From the IMG/VR virus record IMGVR_UViG_3300032163_000009, positions 13,736-77,735 of that record: a stretch of DNA of 64,000 bases, one strand, 5' to 3'. Origin of the DNA: a virus. This document shows, piece by piece, positions 57,859-64,000 of this stretch (its first letter is position 1; each line of letters starts with the position of its first letter). The notes under the pieces are model-generated. The model was not told the DNA's origin, ran no database searches, and saw nothing but the letters and a program-made list of their open reading frames with translations. The position numbers and the translations under genes were made by a program.

Positions 57859-58352
57859 CACCTCGACCGAAGAAAACACCCGCCGAAGCGATTCAAAAAA
57901 TACGGGGCAAGCGCAGCCCGAAGACGTGGAAGCAAGTGGCGGAGATCATCGAGCAGCGCGGCCACTTCCCCCAAGGCAAATTCAACGTCGGTTACCTGCA
58001 ACAAATCATGGAGGGCAAGCGCGACGCCAACAACGAAATCCGCATGGCACTGAACTGCGAACTGAAAGACGCGCCCGGTAAGCCGTGCGGCAAGAAGATG
58101 CCCGATGGGACGCGCTGCATTCTCAATCACGGATCGAGGCGGCATCCTAAGTTGATCGATCAAGCCGCGCCGATCAAGTCGCGTGTAACGCTGGACACAT
58201 TGCGCAGCACGCATGAGATCGCAATTACAGCGAACTCAACCGGCGTATTCGTGAACATTGCCGACGACAGTTATGGCGCAAGGCAATTCGATTCATGGAG
58301 TGCGGCGATGCACTGGATCACGCACGACTGGGCGCAGGAGAAAACGAAGTGA
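57855..58352 (+). CDS. HTH-containing hypothetical protein
   Basis: TWKQVAE..NVGYLQQIMEGK; start MTPRP. Confidence 0.6.
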   Translation: MTPRPKKTPAEAIQKIRGKRSPKTWKQVAEIIEQRGHFPQGKFNVGYLQQIMEGKRDANNEIRMALNCELKDAPGKPCGKKMPDGTRCILNHGSRRHPKLIDQAAPIKSRVTLDTLRSTHEIAITANSTGVFVNIADDSYGARQFDSWSAAMHWITHDWAQEKTK

Positions 58353-58945
58353 AATACGAACTCGCGCTGCAAGTGGCCGATGACATGATCACTCGCCTTG
58401 CGCCATACTGTTGGCGGATTCAAGTGGCAGGCAGTGTGCGACGGCACGAACCCGAAGTACATGATGTCGAGTTGGTGATCGAACCTAAGTTGATCGCACC
58501 GCTTGATTTTCTGCCAATGTTTACCGCAGCGGATGACCCTTTGGTTAGCGCATTGACTACGCCGTTGATCGCGTCACTTGGCAAGATCAAACTCAACGGC
58601 GATCGATTAAAAAAGGTGTGGCTTAGCTGCGGTATCTACCTCGAATTGTATGTGGTTCTCAAGCCCGCGCAATATGGAAACATTTTAAGCATCAGGACTG
58701 GCCCGAAAGAATACAGTCATTGGCTGGTCACTCCCAAAGCGCAAGGCGGCGCAATGCCAGGTTACCTGCACGAGCAAGACGGCCGGTTACTGCGCATCGA
58801 CGACGGCACGGCGCTCAACACACCCAACGAAAAAGACTTCTTCGATGCGCTGGGTGTGCGGTATCTACCGCCCGAAGAACGAAAAGCACCGGAAGAGTTT
58901 GTAAGGCGCATGAAGCGCAAACTGAAAGATCAATCGGAGGATTGA
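58349..58945 (+). CDS. Minimal family X DNA polymerase (palm and thumb only)
   Basis: VAGSVRR..HDVELVI, RTGP, NEKDFFDALGVRYLPPEER. Confidence 0.85.
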   Translation: MKYELALQVADDMITRLAPYCWRIQVAGSVRRHEPEVHDVELVIEPKLIAPLDFLPMFTAADDPLVSALTTPLIASLGKIKLNGDRLKKVWLSCGIYLELYVVLKPAQYGNILSIRTGPKEYSHWLVTPKAQGGAMPGYLHEQDGRLLRIDDGTALNTPNEKDFFDALGVRYLPPEERKAPEEFVRRMKRKLKDQSED

Positions 58946-58947
58946 AC

Positions 58948-60084
58948 ATGAAAAAGAAAGTAAGTTCAGCCACACCGACGCCCGGCAGCGTCGAGGAAGT
59001 CCCAGAATCGATCGTGCTTGAATGCAAGGCCAACGGCTCGGATGCAGTCTACTCGATGCAACTCGTGAAGGCTAAAGACGGCTGGTTGGTCAATTACCAG
59101 AACGGGCGGCGCGGCGATGCTCCCACGACCGGCACCAAGACACGCCTGCCGATCCCGTATGCGCAAGCGCGATCGATCTACACCAAGACGATTCAGGAAA
59201 AGACTGCGCCAGGCCGCGATCGAGTCTACATCATTGCGCAAGGCTACGGCGCAGGCTTAACCGCTGCGCCGGTGTTGCCTGCATCCGACAAAGTGCAGAC
59301 CGGCATCCTGCCACAGAAACTAACCGACATCGACGAAGCGACTGCGCTGCAAATGATCGTAGGTGGCGGTTACGGACTGGAAGAAAAACACGATGGGGTA
59401 AGCGTGCGCATTTGCAAGTCAGGCGGCGTGATCACCGGCATCAATAAATTAGGACTGGAGCGGCCATTGCCGGAATGGTTGATCGCTGAGTTTAAGACTG
59501 CGCCTGCGTTTATCATCGATGGCGAATTGTTTGAAAAGCATTACATCGCCTACGATCTGCTGTCGCTCGAAACAGAAGACTGCCAGAGCGTGTCTTTCAA
59601 GCATCGACACGCGGCGTTAGTGCGCTTCATCGTCGAACATAAGCAAACACGCAAGGTGTGGCCGTCGGAATTGTTCACCGAAAACTTGACGCAAAAGATC
59701 GAACAATTCAAGATCGAGAATGCCGAAGGCGTGGTGCTGAAAGACTTGAACGCGCCGTATTACAGCGGACGCAAGGACGGCAATCAATTCAAGTTGAAGT
59801 TCAAAGCCAGCGCTTCGGTCGTAGTCGAGCAGATCAACGACAAGCGCAGCGTGCGAGTGATGGTGCGAACTGACGGCAATAGTTGGCGCGTCGTCGGCAA
59901 CGTCACGATTCCGGGCAAGCAAGCCATCCCTTTAGCGGGATCAGTCATTGAGTGCGAATACCTATACGCTTTCAAAGAAGGCAGTCTATATCAGCCGGTT
60001 TACAAAGGCATCCGCGAAGATGTGCTGCCAGAAGAATGCACGATCGATCAATTGAAATATAAACGAGAGGCCGCAAATGAATAA
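58948..60084 (+). CDS. WGR-domain ATP-dependent DNA ligase
   Basis: NGRRG; EEKHDG, IDGE, YDLL, EGVVLK, FKLKF, YQPVYKGIRED. Confidence 0.88.
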   Translation: MKKKVSSATPTPGSVEEVPESIVLECKANGSDAVYSMQLVKAKDGWLVNYQNGRRGDAPTTGTKTRLPIPYAQARSIYTKTIQEKTAPGRDRVYIIAQGYGAGLTAAPVLPASDKVQTGILPQKLTDIDEATALQMIVGGGYGLEEKHDGVSVRICKSGGVITGINKLGLERPLPEWLIAEFKTAPAFIIDGELFEKHYIAYDLLSLETEDCQSVSFKHRHAALVRFIVEHKQTRKVWPSELFTENLTQKIEQFKIENAEGVVLKDLNAPYYSGRKDGNQFKLKFKASASVVVEQINDKRSVRVMVRTDGNSWRVVGNVTIPGKQAIPLAGSVIECEYLYAFKEGSLYQPVYKGIREDVLPEECTIDQLKYKREAANE

Positions 60085-60463
60085 CGATCGTCCGTCGTTC
60101 CGAGTGCCGACTAACGGCATCGCCAATACCGACCCACTCGACATGTCGCAAGACGTGTTCGAGGAATGGGCGACGGTGCTAGAATGCAGCAATCCAGCGG
60201 CGATTGCTCAATGGCGAAGAAAGCGCATCGCTGCGGGCAAGTTGTCTGATGCCGCCTTTGAGAATCTTATCACCGAGGCTCGCATAATTCGAGGCGACAT
60301 CATGCTGGCCGGGCAAATGGCAACCAAAAGCCGCGTGGAAGATGTGCTGATGCTGCGCTATAGTTTCGATCGTGGCGTGGCCCACATGATTCTAAACACG
60401 ATCGAGCAGCGCAACTTGAAACCGTTGACTGTCGTGAAGCAGGAATGGAGCGAGGTGGCATGA
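60077..60463 (+). CDS. Hypothetical protein
   Basis: Overlapping operon. Confidence 0.65.
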   Translation: MNNDRPSFRVPTNGIANTDPLDMSQDVFEEWATVLECSNPAAIAQWRRKRIAAGKLSDAAFENLITEARIIRGDIMLAGQMATKSRVEDVLMLRYSFDRGVAHMILNTIEQRNLKPLTVVKQEWSEVA

Positions 60464-61572
60464 CCCAAAAGAAACAAGCGCTCTCGAAGAATGCGCAGCA
60501 AGCTGCGCTGGTCGCTGAATTGAAAAGGCAAACTGGCCTCGATATTCAAGTGGGCGACATCTTCATCGATGATGACGGCCGCTACCTGAAAGCCACGGCG
60601 TTGCTGCGCGAAGGCAAAGAGATCAAAGTAAAACTGGAAATCTGCGACTCGCGCGGCAAGATCACGAGCAGTTGGGGTACGATCGAACTCTCGCGCTTCG
60701 TGCATCGAGAATATATCAAGGTCACTGAACCTATTGAAGACTTGGAAGCGCAGGCCATTGCAGCGCTGAGCAATCTGGATCAGTTTGACGAAGAAAAGAT
60801 CGAAGCCGACGACACCAGCACGGCTTTAACCACCGCGCAAGACAAGAACGCCTTGATCGGTATGCGCGATCGGATGCAAGAGCGACGCGACCTGGTAGCG
60901 AAGATGGAAGCCGTGATCAAGCGCAAGATGAACGCGCTGAACAATTACGTTCAAGCCATGCAGGAAAAGATCGAAGCCGCGCAAAAAGTGATCGGCGCGT
61001 TTGAAGTTTATCTCGGTGTCTATCAAGACATCGTTCAAATCCGGGAAGGCGCACTGGCACCGGCGACCACCCCGATCGCGCTGCGTCAGCAAATTCTCTA
61101 CATGGACGAAGAAGCCGGAAACTACGAAGACGGCGGCATCGACTTCCAACGCATTGAAGATTTCGATCACTGGATCGTGCAACCGGCCAACCTGCACAGA
61201 GTTTTACCCGAAACTAAAGGCGTGGTGGCAATTCGGATTTCAAGACAGAAGCGCAACTACTCAAACAGTCCGTGGCTCAATGCCAGCCTGAACGCCAAGA
61301 ACATGCTGGCGTATCTGCTGATTCGCAACGGCGATCGATTGCTGCGCATTTGGCTCGACCTAACTTTAGATAAACGCCTGTACCCCTCGATCGATGAAAT
61401 GGAATCGATCCGGCGCAGCATTGAAAAAGACTGGGGCTTCACTGCCCGCGATGCGGGCGACAAAGAATTTGACTATAAGAAAAACGTGTTGATCTTGCAA
61501 GGCTTGCTCGATCGCACTGAGGTTTTTCAACCGCTGCCGATCGTGATCAACTTGTTGGGCGCAGGAGCATAG
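60460..61572 (+). CDS. Coiled-coil hypothetical protein, probably truncated by cassette insertion
   Basis: Last codons (LGAGA*) lie 3' of the G/TT crossover at 61554. Confidence 0.7.
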   Translation: MTQKKQALSKNAQQAALVAELKRQTGLDIQVGDIFIDDDGRYLKATALLREGKEIKVKLEICDSRGKITSSWGTIELSRFVHREYIKVTEPIEDLEAQAIAALSNLDQFDEEKIEADDTSTALTTAQDKNALIGMRDRMQERRDLVAKMEAVIKRKMNALNNYVQAMQEKIEAAQKVIGAFEVYLGVYQDIVQIREGALAPATTPIALRQQILYMDEEAGNYEDGGIDFQRIEDFDHWIVQPANLHRVLPETKGVVAIRISRQKRNYSNSPWLNASLNAKNMLAYLLIRNGDRLLRIWLDLTLDKRLYPSIDEMESIRRSIEKDWGFTARDAGDKEFDYKKNVLILQGLLDRTEVFQPLPIVINLLGAGA

Positions 61573-61576
61573 TCAC

Positions 61577-62266
61577 ATGAAGGCATTGAATCTGTACGCA
61601 GGCATTGGCGGTAATCGGCGGCTCTGGTCTGACGTTGAAGTTACAGCCGTCGAATACAATCCAGAGATAGCCGAAGTTTACAGCGACTTGTACCCACAAG
61701 ATAAAGTCATCATTGGCGACGCTCACCAATACCTGCTCGACCATTACCAAGAGTTTGATTTTATTTGGACTTCGCCGCCTTGCCAGTCTCATTCATCCAT
61801 GCGGCAAAATCTCGCAGTTCGTTTTCGTGGCACACCTGCCAAGTATCCAGATATGAGCCTGTATCAAGAAATCATTTTCTTGCAATACAACTTCGGCGGG
61901 TTGTGGGTTGTCGAGAATGTGCGCCCATATTATGAGCCGCTTATCCGTCCCACAATTGATTTACACCGTCACCTGTTCTGGTCAAACTTTCACATTGCGC
62001 CCGCCGATTTTACGAAAAGCAAATTACGCTCGGCGCAAATTTCAGACCTGCAAGAATATCTCGGTTTTGAAATAGGCAAATACAAGTTGTCTAATAAACG
62101 GCAGGTTTTGCGTAACTGCGTTCTCCCACCTTTAGGGCAGCATGTCTTCCTTTGCGCCCAACACCGCTTGCACCTGACCGCCTTTGGCGTGGGTACGGCG
62201 GCGGTCAATCCCCTGCAAGCGTCAATGTTTGCAGAAGTATCTCCCGCTACAATCGGCGGCAGGTAA
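61577..62266 (+). CDS. Compact C5-cytosine DNA methyltransferase (cassette 1)
   Basis: LYAGIGG, SPPCQ, VENV, RNCV; reads through attC1. Confidence 0.88.
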   Translation: MKALNLYAGIGGNRRLWSDVEVTAVEYNPEIAEVYSDLYPQDKVIIGDAHQYLLDHYQEFDFIWTSPPCQSHSSMRQNLAVRFRGTPAKYPDMSLYQEIIFLQYNFGGLWVVENVRPYYEPLIRPTIDLHRHLFWSNFHIAPADFTKSKLRSAQISDLQEYLGFEIGKYKLSNKRQVLRNCVLPPLGQHVFLCAQHRLHLTAFGVGTAAVNPLQASMFAEVSPATIGGR

Positions 62267-62281
62267 AGCAAGCCGTTAGAT
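62156..62281 (+). repeat. attC site 1 (126 bp)
   Basis: GCCCAAC-5-TTGCACCT...AGGTAAA-7-GTTAGAT. Confidence 0.85.
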
Positions 62282-62298
62282 TGCTTTTGAGGTATGCA

Positions 62299-62619
62299 AT
62301 GAATGAATCAACAACTGACGGAACATTAGGCAGACTTATCGACGCATCGTATGATTCCGGCTATTACAGCGGAAAATTGCAGGACGGTGAACCACATCAT
62401 CTTGCGGCAATAAAAGAGCGTGAATACTTCCGGCGCGCGGTGCTTGCAAGAATGAGAAACAAGGAAAAATGCACATGGGTTGAAGATAGTGAAGGCGAAT
62501 ACTGGAACACGTCATGTAATCAAGCCTTCACGCTTTTAGCCGGAACGCCAGTTGAAAACAGTATTCGCTTTTGTCCATTTTGCGGCGATGAAGTTTTGCA
62601 GACAGTGAGCGCAATCTAA
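62299..62619 (+). CDS. Phage-type Zn-finger protein (cassette 2)
   Basis: CTW..TSC..FCPFCG; stop TAA inside ATCTAAC. Confidence 0.8.
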   Translation: MNESTTDGTLGRLIDASYDSGYYSGKLQDGEPHHLAAIKEREYFRRAVLARMRNKEKCTWVEDSEGEYWNTSCNQAFTLLAGTPVENSIRFCPFCGDEVLQTVSAI

Positions 62620-62707
62620 CAACGGCTTGCACGCCGACTGTCTATCGTAGCGTCGATTATCGTAGTGGCTCGGCCATCGCCAGCGGGTGAAGCCGAGACC
62701 GTTGTAC
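62614..62707 (+). repeat. attC site 2 (94 bp)
   Basis: ATCTAAC..TTGCAC...GGTGAA..GTTGTAC. Confidence 0.85.
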
Positions 62708-62720
62708 GGCATCTCTTATC

Positions 62721-63464
62721 ATGGGCAACAGACGACCGATAATCTTAGACCTCTACTGCCGGGCTGGTGGGTCGGCAATGGGCTACAGTCGCGCCGGGTT
62801 TAGGGTGGTGGGCATTGACATCAGCCCACAGCCGCGCTATCCGTTTGATTTCGTGCGCGGTGACGCGATAGAACACCTGGCAATGCTGCTGCAAGGCGGT
62901 AGCATTCGCGGCAAGCGAAGAACTTACTATCTGTCAGACTTCAGCGCAATCAATGCAAGCCCGCCATGCCAGCGCTATTCGATGATCACTGTTGTTCATG
63001 GCAAGGACGTTGTGGATAGTCATCCCGACCTGATAGATGCTACTCGTAAAATGTTGGTAGAAACTGGTTTGCCGTATGTGATCGAAAACGTAGCACGTGC
63101 TCCGATGAATGGGAGTCTATTACTGTGCGGTTCGATGTTCGGGTTAGGCGTTCGTCGGCACCGCATATTTGAAGGAGATGTACCAACATTCGCGCCGTAT
63201 AGTTGTAATCATAGCGGGTGGGCCGTGCCGGTGTACGGCCATTCAGGAGCCGGCGCGAATCGAAACAGAGAACGCGAACGCGGTAGGAACAACAGCGTTA
63301 GTGATTGGGCTGTTGCGATGGGGATTGATTGGATGACAGGCGACGATCTGGCAGAAGCCATTCCGCCGGCTTACACTGAATACATTGGACGGCACTTGCT
63401 TAGATTGGTTGCCGTACAACACCGCGTGCAGCCGAACTTGCCCAGCTGCGCCGCAATCGTCTAA
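62721..63464 (+). CDS. Compact C5-cytosine DNA methyltransferase (cassette 3)
   Basis: DLYCRAGG, ASPPCQ, IENV, RRHRIFE, AIPPAYTEYIG. Confidence 0.88.
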   Translation: MGNRRPIILDLYCRAGGSAMGYSRAGFRVVGIDISPQPRYPFDFVRGDAIEHLAMLLQGGSIRGKRRTYYLSDFSAINASPPCQRYSMITVVHGKDVVDSHPDLIDATRKMLVETGLPYVIENVARAPMNGSLLLCGSMFGLGVRRHRIFEGDVPTFAPYSCNHSGWAVPVYGHSGAGANRNRERERGRNNSVSDWAVAMGIDWMTGDDLAEAIPPAYTEYIGRHLLRLVAVQHRVQPNLPSCAAIV

Positions 63465-63521
63465 ACTCTAAACCATAGGCCGGTCAGTCGGTGGCAAGTC
63501 GGCTGACGCAGGCCGTTAGGC
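63414..63521 (+). repeat. attC site 3 (108 bp)
   Basis: GTACAAC-5-GTGCAGCC...GGCTGAC-7-GTTAGGC. Confidence 0.9.
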
Positions 63522-63529
63522 TGCTAATC

Positions 63530-63805
63530 ATGGGACGCAAAACACTTTGGCGATCGTTTTCATTCACTGACCCGAACAAGGTTCGACGACTACAGTCGTC
63601 ATTATCTGGCCTTCCAGCGCATCATTCGGACAAATATCAGACAACCTTAATCGGTGGTCATGTCGGAGAAGTGGAAACAAATCTGCCACTATCTGAAATC
63701 CGTGTGTGGTTTCGCGCCGCTGGCGTACCAATGCAGGACTACGTAACTGACACGATGACGCTTGAAGACAGGGTGAAAGTTTGGGAAGCAGAGGACGCAA
63801 CCTAA
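63530..63805 (+). CDS. Hypothetical protein (cassette 4)
   Basis: ATG 9 nt after R'; stop TAA inside ACCTAAC. Confidence 0.75.
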   Translation: MGRKTLWRSFSFTDPNKVRRLQSSLSGLPAHHSDKYQTTLIGGHVGEVETNLPLSEIRVWFRAAGVPMQDYVTDTMTLEDRVKVWEAEDAT

Positions 63806-63890
63806 CAACCGCATAGAACCGATTTGCTTTCACCGTTTGGCAATCGGCACTAATTACGAAATCGCAAACGGCTCATGCAAACCGTTAGAT
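63800..63890 (+). repeat. attC site 4 (91 bp)
   Basis: ACCTAAC..ATAGAACCG...CGGCTCAT..GTTAGAT. Confidence 0.85.
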
Positions 63891-63907
63891 TGCTTTTGAG
63901 GTATGCA

Positions 63908-64000
63908 ATGAATGAATCAACAACTGACGGAACATTAGGCAGACTTATCGACGCATCGTATGATTCCGGCTATTACAGCGGAAAATTGCAGGACGGTGAA
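63908..64000 (+). CDS. Second copy of cassette-2 gene (partial)
   Basis: 63884-64000 is identical to 62275-62391. Confidence 0.85.
   Translation, partial: MNESTTDGTLGRLIDASYDSGYYSGKLQDGE

Larger units (their letters stand above)
1..61554. mobile_element. Siphovirus-like phage/prophage genome segment (extends beyond window)
   Basis: Terminase-portal-protease-capsid-tail-TMP-fibre order on minus strand; replication and early genes on plus strand; no host housekeeping genes. Confidence 0.97.
61554..64000 (+). mobile_element. Integron-type gene cassette array (attC array, no integrase in window)
   Basis: Four RYYYAAC...GTTRRRY-like palindromes separating single ORFs; each cassette's two ends are complementary. 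Confidence 0.9.

Noticed and set aside
62152-62298. Upstream extensions of cassette ORFs given by the track (62152, 63491)
   Set aside because: They start inside the preceding attC; ATGs at 62299 and 63530 lie within the cassettes
61554-64000. CRISPR or REP interpretation of the repeats
   Set aside because: Repeats differ in length and sequence and are separated by whole genes
1-64000. Integrase/IntI, lysin, tRNA, reverse transcriptase (DGR), queC
   Set aside because: No recognisable motifs in this window; they may lie outside it

Overview
Most of the genome of a tailed dsDNA phage or prophage (long non-contractile tail, HK97-type head), arranged as two divergent arms. The minus-strand arm (1-36.2 kb) reads, in transcription order: a LexA-like regulator with membrane/lipoprotein genes; a frameshifted N6-adenine methyltransferase; a 7-deazaguanine DNA-modification operon (queD, queE, DpdL-like, radical SAM, glycosyltransferase, DpdA-like transglycosylase, ParB-like, folE, methyltransferase; no queC in the window); terminase, portal, protease, capsid, a glycosyltransferase among the head genes; then tail genes with a -1 frameshift, tape measure and a 1725-aa fibre. 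The plus-strand arm (36.6-61.5 kb) opens with a strong promoter and about 780 nt of ORF-free, highly base-paired sequence. It continues with many small early genes sharing an ATCGGAGG start motif, a Ycf46-like AAA module whose Walker B segment precedes Walker A, recombination/ParB genes, an O-like initiator with iterons, a DnaC-like loader, a clamp-like protein, PolX and a WGR-ligase. The last 2.4 kb is the most striking part: an integron-type gene-cassette array (4 complete attC sites, 5 cassettes, one an exact duplicate) inserted into a phage gene and carrying phage-type cargo, including two C5-cytosine methyltransferases. No integrase, lysin or tRNA was recognised in the window. A Chloroflexota-like host is a weak inference from ATATA/ATQQA-repeat membrane proteins. 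All calls come from reading motifs by eye; no searches were run.
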